The position numbers and the translations under genes were made by a program. The notes under the pieces were generated by a model. The model ran no database searches. It was not told where the DNA came from and saw nothing but the letters and a program-made list of their open reading frames with translations. From positions 2,240,001 through 2,304,000 of the forward strand of contig CAXXVS010000002.1 of the NCBI GenBank assembly GCA_963674755.2: a DNA stretch of 64,000 bases, read 5' to 3'. This document shows positions 49,899 to 60,474 of the stretch, one piece after another (within the stretch, counting starts at the first letter, position 1; each line of letters starts with the position of its first letter). The stretch comes from Desulfobacterales bacterium. GTDB lineage: Bacteria; Desulfobacterota; Desulfobacteria; Desulfobacterales; UBA5852.

Positions 49899-52505
49899 AT
49901 GCAAACGCAACATCTGGGAATGATTCGACGCCATAGGTTCTGGTGCGTGGTGGGTCTGACGGTTATGCTCGGCACGCTCATGCTCACGACCGTCCCTGCG
50001 CCGGCCGCCGACAACTGGTTTGAAATGGGGCTGGCGGATCTCAAGGACCAGCACTACCAGGCCGCCGTGGACAAATTCACCAAAGCGATCGAAGCTGTCC
50101 CTAATGATTTCGAAGCCCTCAACAACCGCGGTTTCGCCCGCATTTACACCGGCGACTACGAAGGGGCCATCGATGACTGCACCCGCTCCATCGCCATTAC
50201 ACCCGGTTCGGCCAAAGCATACAACAATCGGGGCTTCGCCCGCCTGTTCATCGGTGAATTCGATGCCGCGGTCGCCGATTTCAACCAGGCCCTGACCATC
50301 AATCCCCGCTACGTGGATGCCTACAGCAACCGCTGTCTGGCCTGGACCCGCAAAGCCGACTATACCGAAGCGATCGCCGACTGCACCGAGGCCCTGCACC
50401 TCAACCCCCGCTCGGCCAAGGCGCTCTACAACCGGGGCTACGCCCAGGACCGCCAGGGGAATCCGGGCGGTGCCATGCGCGACTACATCCAGGCCCTGAA
50501 GGTGAATCCGGACTACATCGAGGTATTCAACAACATGGCCTGGATCATGGCCACCTCCCCTGACGCACGCCTGCGGGACGGGCGCCGGGCCGTGGCCTAT
50601 GCCGAAAAAGCCGCCGCTGATACCAGCGACATCAATTTCCTGGATACCCTGGCGGCGTCCTATGCCGAAAACGGACGTTTCGCCCAGGCGGTGGCCATCG
50701 AAAACCGGATCATATCGCTCCTGGCGAAAGCGCATCAGACCGACACCATGGCCCTGCACATCCAGAGGTTGAGCATCTACGAAGAGGGCCGTCCCTATCG
50801 GGAACCCATTCAAATCCAGCCGGTGAGTGCGGTTACCGATCTTCAGGGCGAACTGGCAACGCTGGACGCCCTGGTTTTCGAAACCGCTGCGACGCCGGCC
50901 GTCTATACAGCGGAGCAAACAGAAGGTTTGATCGCCGCCGCGTCCGCTGACGGCGAAGGCGGCGCCCGCCCCATGCTTCTGGCCCAGACAGAAACAAACC
51001 CTCCGGTGACGGTTCCCGAGGCCTACAACCAATCCGTCCGGACCGCGCCCGGTGAGCCGGTGGAAATCACCCTCGACGCCAAGGCCGATGGCATGCCGCT
51101 GACCTTCGAGCTCGAAACCGTGCCGTATCAAGGCAGCCTCCGGGGAACCCTGCCGCATCTGTTGTACATGCCCCGCCCCGGTTTTGAGGGCCAGGACCGC
51201 TTCACCTTCCGGGCCCGCAATGCGGTGGGCCTTTCGAACCTGGCCACCATCACCATCACGGTAGCTGAGCCAGCTCCCCCGGCGGAGGAAACCACTATCC
51301 AGGAAGAAGCTTCGGAAGCACTGCATGAGAAAGAGGTCCCATCGCCCCCACCGGCGCCGATTGAGGAGACGCCCCTGGCGGCGCCGGAGAAGGAAGCACC
51401 TGTGGCCGCTCCGCTGACGAAAGAGGCGCCGCCGGCCGAGGCCACGCCGCCGGCGTCTCCACCAAAGGCCGATCAGGACGCGGCCGCCGCGCCGTCAACA
51501 GCACCGGCACCCCCCGCCCCGGCCACGGAACCCCCACCGCCACCGGCACCTGAACCGGCAGCGGCACCGGTACCGGCCGCGAAACCTGCTCCCCAGGGCC
51601 TTTTCACCATCCAGGTACGCTCCGTGAAAGATCCCGCCGGCGCCGAGGCCGTCGTAGCCAAGCTTCATGCCGCGGGCTATAACGCCTTCAGCTACGCCGT
51701 GGAAGTGCCGGAAAAAGGCGTGTGGCACAGGGTCTTCATCAACACCTACCCCACTCCGGAAGCGGCCAAGGCCGCCCTGGAGGGGCTTGACAAGGATCGC
51801 TTCAAGGGCGCTTTTGTGCGGCGCGTACCCGGCGATGCCAGCGTGCCGGCCATGGCCCCCGATGCCAAGCCGGTCCCGCCGGCGGAAACCCCGGCCCCGC
51901 CTCCGGCGTCGCCTGCTGCCGCGCCAGCTCCCGCGCCCGTGCCACCATCCACGCCTCAAACAGCTCCCCCCGCTCCGAAGACGGCGCCGGCGACCGAAGG
52001 CGAAGCCGACAACGTCCCTGGACAGCCGGCCATTGCCGTTGCCGCGCCCCGCTTCCTTTACGCCTATCAGGTCAAGTCCTACCAGCAGAAGGAAGACGCC
52101 TTCCAACTGGGGGTGGAGCTGACCACCCAGGGCCACCGGGCCTATATCGGCCGCGGCGTCATGGGGTCCACCGGCGTGTGGTACCGGGTCTACGTCGGCT
52201 GCTACCAGACACCTGAGAAAGCGGAACAAAGCCGTGCCGACATTCGCCGGGAGGGGTTTCCGGAAGCCTTTCTGACCCCCATCGCCTTTGCCATTGCGGT
52301 TCGGCCGGACGCCGATGACCCGTCCGGCGAAACCTTGCAAAACCGCCTTATGGCCGCCGGTTTTCTTCCCTACCGCCTGCCCGCGGACAACCCTGACGGC
52401 TCATTCGCCGTCCTGGTAGGCGGTTTCCGCGAAGCCGATGACGCCAAGCAGGTATTGGCCGCTTTGAAACAGGCCGGTTTCCAAGGCAAGATCCAGCCGC
52501 GCTGA
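49899..52505 (+). CDS. Exported TPR + Ig-like + SPOR multidomain protein
   Basis: Signal peptide; serial TPRs (AYNNRG); YMPRPGFEGQDRFTF Ig-like unit; Pro/Ala linkers; SPOR domains (FTIQVRS..WHRVFI, YQVKSY..WYRVYVG, third probable). Confidence 0.85.
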   Translation: MQTQHLGMIRRHRFWCVVGLTVMLGTLMLTTVPAPAADNWFEMGLADLKDQHYQAAVDKFTKAIEAVPNDFEALNNRGFARIYTGDYEGAIDDCTRSIAITPGSAKAYNNRGFARLFIGEFDAAVADFNQALTINPRYVDAYSNRCLAWTRKADYTEAIADCTEALHLNPRSAKALYNRGYAQDRQGNPGGAMRDYIQALKVNPDYIEVFNNMAWIMATSPDARLRDGRRAVAYAEKAAADTSDINFLDTLAASYAENGRFAQAVAIENRIISLLAKAHQTDTMALHIQRLSIYEEGRPYREPIQIQPVSAVTDLQGELATLDALVFETAATPAVYTAEQTEGLIAAASADGEGGARPMLLAQTETNPPVTVPEAYNQSVRTAPGEPVEITLDAKADGMPLTFELETVPYQGSLRGTLPHLLYMPRPGFEGQDRFTFRARNAVGLSNLATITITVAEPAPPAEETTIQEEASEALHEKEVPSPPPAPIEETPLAAPEKEAPVAAPLTKEAPPAEATPPASPPKADQDAAAAPSTAPAPPAPATEPPPPPAPEPAAAPVPAAKPAPQGLFTIQVRSVKDPAGAEAVVAKLHAAGYNAFSYAVEVPEKGVWHRVFINTYPTPEAAKAALEGLDKDRFKGAFVRRVPGDASVPAMAPDAKPVPPAETPAPPPASPAAAPAPAPVPPSTPQTAPPAPKTAPATEGEADNVPGQPAIAVAAPRFLYAYQVKSYQQKEDAFQLGVELTTQGHRAYIGRGVMGSTGVWYRVYVGCYQTPEKAEQSRADIRREGFPEAFLTPIAFAIAVRPDADDPSGETLQNRLMAAGFLPYRLPADNPDGSFAVLVGGFREADDAKQVLAALKQAGFQGKIQPR

Positions 52506-52793
52506 CGGCACCGCACAGGGGATCGGATCTCCCCCATGACCGGTTCTCCATGGGCGCCGGCCGCGGACCACCAGGCCATCCCCCATCCCCAATGACGCCG
52601 CACGATATTGACAAGCCCTTCCGCCGGTTATATCTCAGTTCCTTTCACCGCCCTTCAGGTACCACCTGAATAGCGGTTTCTCTTTCAGCCTGATAAGGGG
52701 TGCCGACGTTGCGGCCACAGTGCCCAACCCACCACAAGGTTTCGTGATTCCATCGTTGACCACAACCCGTTCAACGCCAGTAAAGGGGGCGTC

Positions 52794-53552
52794 ATGCTCA
52801 AGATCGACAATCTCCACGTCAATGTAGGGGGCAAGGAGGTCCTCAAAGGGATCGATCTGCACATTGCGGAGGGGGAAACCTTCATCCTTTTCGGACCCAA
52901 CGGTTCGGGCAAGACCACGCTGCTCATGACCCTGATGGGCTTCTCCGGCTATGAGGTCACCGGGGGGACCATCCTGTTCCGCGGCCAGGACATTACCCGC
53001 ATGCCCACCTTCGAACGGGCGCGCCTGGGAATCGGTATGTCCTTCCAGCGGCCACCGACCATTTCCGGCCTGAAAACCCGCCATCTGGTGCAGATGTGCA
53101 GCCGCGGGCGGGACGTGGACATCGAGCACATGGCCCGGCAGGTCCACTTCGAGTCGTTTCTGGAACGCGACATCAATTCCGGCTTTTCCGGCGGCGAGAT
53201 CAAGCGTTCCGAGCTGTTGCAGCTCATGGCGCAAAACCCCCGGCTCGTGCTCTTCGACGAACCCGAGTCCGGCGTGGACCTGGAAAACATGAAACTCATC
53301 GGCCGGACCGTGCGCATGCTGCTGCAGGGCGAAATCCAGCCCCGGGCCGATACCCCCATGAAGGCGCTCAAGGCCAAGGTCAACACCGCGGGACTGATCA
53401 TCACCCATACGGGCTACATCCTGGACTATGTCAACGCCGACCGGGGCCATGTCATGTATGACGGCATCCTGTGCTGCGAGGCCCGGCCCAGGGATATTTT
53501 GGAGCACATTGCCCAGTTCGGCTACAAGGAGTGCGTGCGATGTCTAAATTAG
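52794..53552 (+). CDS. SufC-like ABC ATPase with C-terminal cysteines (SmsC-type)
   Basis: GPNGSGKT, GFSGGEIKRSE, FDEPESGVD, IITH; tail LCCE...ECVRC. Confidence 0.88.
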   Translation: MLKIDNLHVNVGGKEVLKGIDLHIAEGETFILFGPNGSGKTTLLMTLMGFSGYEVTGGTILFRGQDITRMPTFERARLGIGMSFQRPPTISGLKTRHLVQMCSRGRDVDIEHMARQVHFESFLERDINSGFSGGEIKRSELLQLMAQNPRLVLFDEPESGVDLENMKLIGRTVRMLLQGEIQPRADTPMKALKAKVNTAGLIITHTGYILDYVNADRGHVMYDGILCCEARPRDILEHIAQFGYKECVRCLN

Positions 53553-54721
53553 AGCAAACCGCCCCATCCGATATCGATTTGAAGGCCTATTCTTTCGAGG
53601 GGAGCGATGCCCCCCTTCTGCCGGACCTTCGCGAAGTGAACCCGGAGGACCGGCAGCAGCTGCGTATGGCCGGTGTGGATGTCGACGAGGCCGAACGCAG
53701 CGGGACCTTTCTCCAGTTCGATCGAACCCAGGTGCACTGCCGGACCAGCGATCCCGGCGTGGAGATCCTGGGCATCAAGGAGGCCCTGGACCGCTACCAG
53801 GGCCTGCCGGAGTATTACTGGAAAGCTCTGACACCGGACACGGACGCCTTCACCCGGGAAGCCGCCGAAGTGATCCACGGGGGTTACTTCATCCGCACCC
53901 GCAAGGGCGCCCGGATCGCGCAACCGGTCCAGTCCTGCCTGTATATCAAGGGGCGGGACGTGGCCCAGTCCGTCCACAACGTGGTCGTGGTGGAAGAGGA
54001 CTCGGAGGTGCACATCATCACCGGGTGCGCCACGGCCCACGGCGTGCAGTCCGCCCTGCATCTCGGGATCTCCGAATTCTATGTGAAAAAGAACGGCCGC
54101 CTGACCTTCACCATGGTCCACAATTGGGGAGAGGAGGTGGCGGTCCGCCCCCGGACCGCGGTCCACGTGGAGGAAAACGGGGTCTTTGTGAGCAACTACA
54201 TCCTCCTCAAGCCGGTCCGCACCCTGCAGTCCTACCCGGCGGCCTATCTCAACGGGCGCGGCGGTGTGGCACGCTTCAATTCGATCATCGTAGCCCCCCC
54301 GGGGGCCCACGTGGACACCGGCAACAAGATCATACTCAACGCGCCGGATACCCGGGGGGAGATTATCTCCAAGACCATCACCACCGGCGGGACCATCATC
54401 GCCCGGGGCTTTATCGGCGGGAATGCCGTGCCGGCCAAGGGGCACCTGGAGTGCAAGGGGTTGATCCTGGGCAAGGGGGTCATCCACGCCATTCCGGAAC
54501 TGGTGGGGTCCGTGCCCGGCGTCGAATTGTCCCATGAGGCCGCCGTGGGCAAGATCGCCCAGGAGGAGATCGAATACCTCATGGCCCGGGGCCTGGACGA
54601 GGAGGAAGCCACCTCCACCATTGTCCGGGGCTTCCTCAATGTGGACATCATGGGGCTGCCCAAGGAATTGAAAGCCAACATCGAGAAAACCATCCAGGAA
54701 AGCGAAAAGGACATGTTCTAG
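53540..54721 (+). CDS. SufB/SufD family Fe-S scaffold (SmsB-type)
   Basis: IITGC, GHLECKGL, HAIPEL, LSHEAAVGKI, YLMARGL. Confidence 0.88.
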   Translation: MSKLEQTAPSDIDLKAYSFEGSDAPLLPDLREVNPEDRQQLRMAGVDVDEAERSGTFLQFDRTQVHCRTSDPGVEILGIKEALDRYQGLPEYYWKALTPDTDAFTREAAEVIHGGYFIRTRKGARIAQPVQSCLYIKGRDVAQSVHNVVVVEEDSEVHIITGCATAHGVQSALHLGISEFYVKKNGRLTFTMVHNWGEEVAVRPRTAVHVEENGVFVSNYILLKPVRTLQSYPAAYLNGRGGVARFNSIIVAPPGAHVDTGNKIILNAPDTRGEIISKTITTGGTIIARGFIGGNAVPAKGHLECKGLILGKGVIHAIPELVGSVPGVELSHEAAVGKIAQEEIEYLMARGLDEEEATSTIVRGFLNVDIMGLPKELKANIEKTIQESEKDMF

Positions 54722-54815
54722 TGATGGCGGATCGACGCGGCCACCGACCTGCGAGCCAGCCGCACCGGTGCCGTCCGCGCCGCAACCGGCCCAATCGACA
54801 GACCTGGAGGCGCCC

Positions 54816-55238
54816 ATGATGTCCGTTACGCTGAATCCCATCGGAACCGCCCACACGGATGCGGCCAGCATTCCCCGCCACTGGACAGTGTCGGACGTGG
54901 AGGGCACCATAGTGATCGATCCCGAATATACCGAGGGGCTCGCGGACATCGCCGCGGGCCAGCGCATCGTCGTGCTGTTTCATTTCCATCAAAGCCCCCC
55001 TTTCACGAAGGACTTTTTGAAACAGACCCCGCCCCATCGCGGGCAATCGATGGGGGTCTTCAGCATCTGCTCCCCCCGGCGGCCCAATCCCATCGGGCTG
55101 TCGGTGCTGGAAGTCGTGGCGCGGGAAGACAATGTGCTGCGGGTGCGTCATATGGACATGCGCGACGGCACCCCCATCCTCGACATCAAACCCCTCGTGA
55201 CCGGCGAAGAGACCCTGCCGAGCCACGCGCAGGCGTGA
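54816..55238 (+). CDS. tsaA: TsaA/TrmO-like SAM-binding tRNA methyltransferase domain protein
   Basis: PIG, LFHFH, GVFSICSPRRPNPIGLS, DGTPILDIKP. Confidence 0.85.
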   Translation: MMSVTLNPIGTAHTDAASIPRHWTVSDVEGTIVIDPEYTEGLADIAAGQRIVVLFHFHQSPPFTKDFLKQTPPHRGQSMGVFSICSPRRPNPIGLSVLEVVAREDNVLRVRHMDMRDGTPILDIKPLVTGEETLPSHAQA

Positions 55239-55409
55239 GGCACCTCCCGAATAGCAGGAGACCCCCGGCAATTTTTCCGGAAAGCGTTGGAACGCCTTTG
55301 ATGGTTAAGAGTTGACCCCTTTGTCCCGCACCGAGCACCCTCTCCGGGTTCTCCACCAGCGATGGGGGTTGAGACAAAAAACAATGCTGCTTCTTCCGTG
55401 GAGAATCGT

Positions 55410-56507
55410 ATGAAAAAAGCTTTGGGGGCGCTGACCCTGTTCCTGATCGTTGTAGCGGCCTACCTGTGCTTCTGGCCGGTGCCGGTCGATCCGGTGCGCT
55501 GGCAGGCCCCGGCTTCTCCGGGCTACACCGGTGTCCACACCCCCAACGACCGTCTGGCGGATCTGGAAATGATCCCCCTGGGAAAAGAGGAAGGCCCGGA
55601 GCACATCGTCCTGGCCGGCGACGGCAGGCTCTACGCGGCCGTGGCCAGCGGCGCTATTCTGCGGATGGCGCCGGACGGCACAGACCAGGAGGTGTTCGTG
55701 AATACCGGGGGCCGGGTGCTGGGCTTCGACTTCGACGCGGCCGGCAACCTGATTGCGGCCGATGCGATCAAGGGCCTGCTGTCCATCAGTCCCCAGGGGA
55801 AGATCACGGTCCTGGCCGATCAGGTGGACGGCGCGCCGATCCGCTACGCCAACGCCGTGGTGGTGGCCGCGGACGGCGCCATCTACTTCAGCGACGCCTC
55901 CACCCGTTTCGCACCGGCTGCCTGGGGCGGCACCCTCGAAGCCTGCATCCTGGACCTGATGGAGCAGTCCTGCACCGGGCGCATCCTGGCCTACGACCCG
56001 GCCACCCGGAAAACACGCATCCTGGCCAGAGGCCTAAGCTTCGCCAACGGCGTGGCCCTTTCCCGGGACGGGCAATTTCTCTTCGTCAATGAAACCGGCC
56101 GCTACCGCGTGTGGAAGATCGCCGTGGCGGCCGAGGACCTCGACGTACGCCAGGGATCCCCCCTGGCCACTGTCCTGCTGGACAACCTGCCCGGCTACCC
56201 GGACAACCTCATGCGCGGCCTGGACGGGAAGATTTGGCTGGGCTTCGCTAAACCGCGCAATCCCACCGTCGACATACTGGCGGACAAACCCTTCCTGCGC
56301 AAACTTACCCTGCGCCTGCCGCGCGCCCTGTGGCCCGTACCCCGGCCCTACGGTCATGTGATCGCCTTCACCGAAGAAGGCCGGATCGTGGCCGATCTCC
56401 AGGACCCCACAGGGGCCTACCCCGAAACCACAGCCGTCACCGAGACCCGCAACCGGTTGTACGTGCAAAGCCTCCACGCCGATTCCATCGGGTGGCTGCC
56501 GCGCTGA
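55410..56507 (+). CDS. Strictosidine synthase-like / SMP-30 beta-propeller protein
   Basis: N-terminal TM; GPE, TGGRVLG, DAIKGLL, IYFSDAS, LSFANGVAL, LPGYPDN. Confidence 0.9.
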   Translation: MKKALGALTLFLIVVAAYLCFWPVPVDPVRWQAPASPGYTGVHTPNDRLADLEMIPLGKEEGPEHIVLAGDGRLYAAVASGAILRMAPDGTDQEVFVNTGGRVLGFDFDAAGNLIAADAIKGLLSISPQGKITVLADQVDGAPIRYANAVVVAADGAIYFSDASTRFAPAAWGGTLEACILDLMEQSCTGRILAYDPATRKTRILARGLSFANGVALSRDGQFLFVNETGRYRVWKIAVAAEDLDVRQGSPLATVLLDNLPGYPDNLMRGLDGKIWLGFAKPRNPTVDILADKPFLRKLTLRLPRALWPVPRPYGHVIAFTEEGRIVADLQDPTGAYPETTAVTETRNRLYVQSLHADSIGWLPR

Positions 56508-56557
56508 GGAAACCTGTTTCCGCTATTCTTTCTGACCGCAGCGCTTGTATCCCTGCA

Positions 56558-56606
56558 GAAAAAAAAGAGCACCGGCGCCCTGGCATTGCCACGGCGCCGG
56601 TGTCTT
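56558..56606 (-). terminator. Rho-independent terminator of the ald-containing operon
   Basis: CACCGGCGCC...GGCGCCGGTG stem next to an A-run (U-tract on the minus strand), between convergent genes. Confidence 0.75.
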
Positions 56607-56632
56607 CCAGCGAAGATGTTTATTGGAAGGCG

Positions 56633-57745
56633 TTAAATCAGGGTATCGGCATCCACGTAGTCCAGCCCGAAAGCCTCGGCCACCCCCCGGAAGGTTACCT
56701 TGCCGGCCACGATGTTCAACCCCAGCCGGATTTCCTTGTTCTCCACACTGGCCCGCTGCCAGCCCTTGTTGGCGATCTCCACCGCGTAGGGCAGGGTGGC
56801 GTTGGTCAGCGCCAGGGTCGAGGTCTTGGCCACCGCCCCGGGCATATTGGCCACGCAGTATACCAGGACCCCATCCTGCGTGAACACCGGGTCGGTGTGG
56901 GTCGTGGCCCGTGAACATTCGAAGCAGCCCCCCTGGTCGATGGCCACATCCACCAGCACCGCCCCCTTCTTCATGTCCTTGAGCATGTCGTTGGTCACCA
57001 AACGCGGCGCCTTGGCCCCCGGAATCAGCACCGCCCCCACCACCAGGTCGGCCTCCTTCAGAAGCGCGCGAATGGTGGCCGGGCTCGACATCAACGGAAA
57101 GCAGTTGGGCGGCATGACGTCGCTCAAATACCGCAGACGGTTGAGGCTCATATCCAGGATATACACCTTGGCCCCCAGACCGCAGGCCATCTTGGCCGCA
57201 TTGGTCCCCACCACGCCACCGCCGATGATCACCACCGTGGCCGGATCCACGCCCGGCACACCGCTCAACAATACCCCCTGACCGCCCTGGGGCATCTCCA
57301 GGTATTTGGCCCCTTCCTGGATCGCCATACGCCCCGCCACTTCGCTCATGGGCGTCAAAAGCGGCAGGGAGCGATCCGCCTTCTGGATGGTCTCATAGGC
57401 GATGCCGATGCAACCGCTCTTGAGCATGGCATGGGTCAGTTCCTCGGCCGCCGCCAGGTGCAGATAGGTGAAGACAATCTGCCCCGGCCGGATCAGGTCG
57501 TATTCCGATGGCAGGGGTTCCTTGACATGCATCACCATCGCGGCGCGCTCGTAAACCTCCTGGGGGGTGGCCACTATCTCGGCCCCGGCCGCCGCATAGG
57601 CATCATCGGCAAACCCGCTGCCGATGCCGGCCCCCTTTTCCACCAGCACCGCATGGCCGTTCATCTTCATCACTTCCACACCGGCCGGCGTCATGCACAC
57701 CCGGTTCTCTTCCGTCTTGATCTCTTTCAGTATCCCGACGATCAT
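56633..57745 (-). CDS. ald: Alanine dehydrogenase
   Basis: KEIKTEENRV, VKEP, FTYLHLA, PMSEVAGR, GGGVVG, DVAIDQGG, VANMPGAV. Confidence 0.96.
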   Translation of the reverse strand: MIVGILKEIKTEENRVCMTPAGVEVMKMNGHAVLVEKGAGIGSGFADDAYAAAGAEIVATPQEVYERAAMVMHVKEPLPSEYDLIRPGQIVFTYLHLAAAEELTHAMLKSGCIGIAYETIQKADRSLPLLTPMSEVAGRMAIQEGAKYLEMPQGGQGVLLSGVPGVDPATVVIIGGGVVGTNAAKMACGLGAKVYILDMSLNRLRYLSDVMPPNCFPLMSSPATIRALLKEADLVVGAVLIPGAKAPRLVTNDMLKDMKKGAVLVDVAIDQGGCFECSRATTHTDPVFTQDGVLVYCVANMPGAVAKTSTLALTNATLPYAVEIANKGWQRASVENKEIRLGLNIVAGKVTFRGVAEAFGLDYVDADTLI

Positions 57746-57766
57746 GATCGTTTTATACCTTCCGTA

Positions 57767-58273
57767 TTAGATCTGTCCCGTCAACTTCAGCACTGCCTGG
57801 GCAATGGCCGCGGACATCACATAGGATCCCACGAAACTGAGGCAGGCCACGATAACAATCTTCCACCCGGCACTTTTGAAGAGTTTCAACTCATTTCTCG
57901 CAATGGCGAATCCGGCGTATGCCAGCACCGGGGTCGCCATCGGCAGCAAAGCGACCGCGGTTGTATATTTGATCACAAAATCATGGGTCGGCATCCAGGG
58001 GAGCGAAACAACGATCAGGACCACGGATACCCACAAAACCGCAGGCCACCCAAGCCCGACTTTTTTGGTCAGAACTAGGCCAAGGACCGTGAAAACATAC
58101 AAGATGGCATAGCCGATGAGCATGTCCCCCAGATGGGCTGTTTTGGCCGTGCTGATCCCCATGGGGGCATAGAAGTTAGCCGCCTGAGCCACCATGGAGA
58201 TGACGGCGAAAATAATCAAAAACGCGGACCATTCGATAATACTGAACGAAGGCTTATTGGTTTGTGTTGCCAT
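57767..58273 (-). CDS. Small membrane protein, partner of DUF3100
   Basis: About five TM segments; ATPVLAYAG and KIVIV motifs; 30 nt downstream of the DUF3100 gene. Confidence 0.75.
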   Translation of the reverse strand: MATQTNKPSFSIIEWSAFLIIFAVISMVAQAANFYAPMGISTAKTAHLGDMLIGYAILYVFTVLGLVLTKKVGLGWPAVLWVSVVLIVVSLPWMPTHDFVIKYTTAVALLPMATPVLAYAGFAIARNELKLFKSAGWKIVIVACLSFVGSYVMSAAIAQAVLKLTGQI

Positions 58274-58303
58274 AATGATCTCCCACTTTGAAAAGACGGT
58301 TTC

Positions 58304-59122
58304 CTATTTGCGGCCGAACTTTGCATACATCCACTCGGTAAGCGGAATTCCCAGATAAATGGACATATACATGCCGGTGGCCGTGGTAATCAGGTTGCTT
58401 GCGGCCGCATAGGCCATGACCAGATCGGCCTGTTCGGGCGACACCAGTTCTTTTACGGTCGCGGCGGCCGCCGTCATCATGCTGGCCGATCCAACCCCGG
58501 AAGCCATACCCAGGGCATAGGGGTGGAAAATGTTCAACGACGCAAAAATCGACCCCATGAAGCTGAAAAACAGGGCGCCGATGACCGTGCCCACGATATA
58601 GGTTCCCATGGCGCCGATCCCTTCCGGGCTTTGCAAGCCCCATTTTTCGGAGGCCAGGGCCAGGGAAGGTTCCCGGCAAACCGAAAACGAAGCACCAATA
58701 GACTCCCGCCCCATCCGCAATACAAGGACGGCAATCGGCAGCGTGATCAAGATGCTTCCCAGATTGCCGAACTCCTGGAGCACCATTGCCAGTCCGCCTT
58801 TAATGATTTTGTCCATATTGGCACCGACAAGAACAGCCAGTTTGGCAATAAACAGAATGATGCCGATTGTGATGCAGGGGGTGGCGGCCTTTTGTTCGAA
58901 GGTGCCGATGATCTTGCCGAAACCTTTGAAATAGTTTTCCGTCATGGACGGGTTCAGGAACAGCGCTATCAAAAACGCGTAAACAAACGGGATCAGCAGC
59001 AATACGGCCGGCCCGACTTTGAATTTTTGCAGCCCCAGCAATTCCGCAATCACGCTGATAACCAAAACGGCTAAATGCAGTTTGTATTCGCGGGCCTTGG
59101 CCACCCATACACTTTCCTTCAT
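58304..59122 (-). CDS. DUF3100 family membrane protein
   Basis: LQEFGNLG, MGRESIGASFSVCREP, SPEGIG, ALGMASGVGSASMM. Confidence 0.85.
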   Translation of the reverse strand: MKESVWVAKAREYKLHLAVLVISVIAELLGLQKFKVGPAVLLLIPFVYAFLIALFLNPSMTENYFKGFGKIIGTFEQKAATPCITIGIILFIAKLAVLVGANMDKIIKGGLAMVLQEFGNLGSILITLPIAVLVLRMGRESIGASFSVCREPSLALASEKWGLQSPEGIGAMGTYIVGTVIGALFFSFMGSIFASLNIFHPYALGMASGVGSASMMTAAAATVKELVSPEQADLVMAYAAASNLITTATGMYMSIYLGIPLTEWMYAKFGRK

Positions 59123-59218
59123 TGATAACCTCCTGTCTTCCGAATAAGGGATTTGCGATCCTGCAGGCCGAGCCGTCGACTCTACAGGACTTTCCTAAAC
59201 CCCTGACAAAGCACACCT

Positions 59219-60406
59219 TCAGCCCAAAAGATCGAGAACCGTCCAGAGATACATCCGGGCTGCGTCAACGAGTTGTTCGACCGCAACAAATTCACAGGTG
59301 CTATGAGCTTGGTTGATCGAGCCCGGCCCGCATACAACGGTGGGGAACCCCATATGGGGGGCATCCGACCCGGCCACAAACGCCGTCGCTTCCGTGGGCC
59401 GCCCGCATACCTGGCGGTAGGCGCCTAACAAGGATTGGACCACCGGTTCCTCGAGCGCAATATCATTCGGAGGAATGAGCCAGGAGGGTTCGGTGATCTC
59501 ATAGCGGAATCCCGGGTCCTCCGCTTTCAGGCCGTCAAGCCGGCGCTGGAATTCGGCATAGACCTGCTCTTTGCTTTCACCCGGCAGTGTGCGGCGATCG
59601 ACCTCGAGGGCGCAGGTGTCGGGCACCATGTTCACTTGGACACCGCCTTTGATGACGCCGGGATTGAAGCGGCCGTGACCGCAAAGCGGATGGGGGGTCT
59701 GGGTCAACAGCGCTGCGTTGTAGTCCGCAAAGGCCCGGATGACGGACGCCATCCGGATAATCGCATTTTCACCCTCTTCGGGAACGCTGGAGTGCGCCGC
59801 CCGTCCGAAGGTCCGGATGAAGGTGCTCACCCGGCCCTTGTTGGCCGGACAGACGCTAAGGTCCGTGGGCTCGCCGATAATGCCCTGATCGGCAAGGGGC
59901 CCGTTGCGGCCCACATCCTGGCTGCCATGCATCTGATATTCCTCATCGGCGATACCCGCGATGATCAAATGGCCTTTGAGCTTCTTACCGCTTTCTTTTA
60001 ACAGGCGGGCGATTTCGAGGTAGGCGGCCAAACCGGCTTTCATGTCGCAAGCCCCCCGGCCATAGACGCGCCCCTGCTTTTCCTCCACGCGATAGGCATC
60101 TTCGTAGCCATCGGTGCGTGCGGTATCCATGTGGCCGGCAAGCATGAGCCGAGGCCCAGGGCCCTCCCCCGCCAGGAAACCGAAAACATTGGGGCGATCC
60201 GGGAGAACCTCCTTGACGGTCACGTCCATACCCAGTTCAGCCATGTGATCGGCCAAATACTCGCCCATCTCCTTTTCGCGGTAACCCGGACGCGGGGCTT
60301 CATCAAACGGGTTTTCGCTTTTGATAGCCACCATGTCCTTCAGTCTTGCCGTCAAGAAAGCCTGATCGACTTGAGCAGCGAGCTCGTTGAAACGTCCTTC
60401 ATCCAT
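59219..60406 (-). CDS. M20 (ArgE/DapE-like) metallo-amidohydrolase
   Basis: GHMDT, GRGACDMK, ADEE, GEPT, AAHSS, DRRTLPGE, GPG..QAH. Confidence 0.92.
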   Translation of the reverse strand: MDEGRFNELAAQVDQAFLTARLKDMVAIKSENPFDEAPRPGYREKEMGEYLADHMAELGMDVTVKEVLPDRPNVFGFLAGEGPGPRLMLAGHMDTARTDGYEDAYRVEEKQGRVYGRGACDMKAGLAAYLEIARLLKESGKKLKGHLIIAGIADEEYQMHGSQDVGRNGPLADQGIIGEPTDLSVCPANKGRVSTFIRTFGRAAHSSVPEEGENAIIRMASVIRAFADYNAALLTQTPHPLCGHGRFNPGVIKGGVQVNMVPDTCALEVDRRTLPGESKEQVYAEFQRRLDGLKAEDPGFRYEITEPSWLIPPNDIALEEPVVQSLLGAYRQVCGRPTEATAFVAGSDAPHMGFPTVVCGPGSINQAHSTCEFVAVEQLVDAARMYLWTVLDLLG

Positions 60407-60474
60407 TCAGCGCTCCCCTCTTTTGTGCTCGTTGGTTGATCCTGTTTGTTCCGTTGGTCTTCAAAAGAGCGTTC

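Noticed and set aside
51270..52000. GC-rich quasi-repeats in the TPR-SPOR gene
   Set aside because: They encode ordinary Pro/Ala/Glu linkers between domains.
52608..52636. TTGACA-based sigma70 promoter upstream of the sufC-like gene
   Set aside because: The -35 box is perfect but the -10 box is weak and ambiguous; plausible but not supportable alone.
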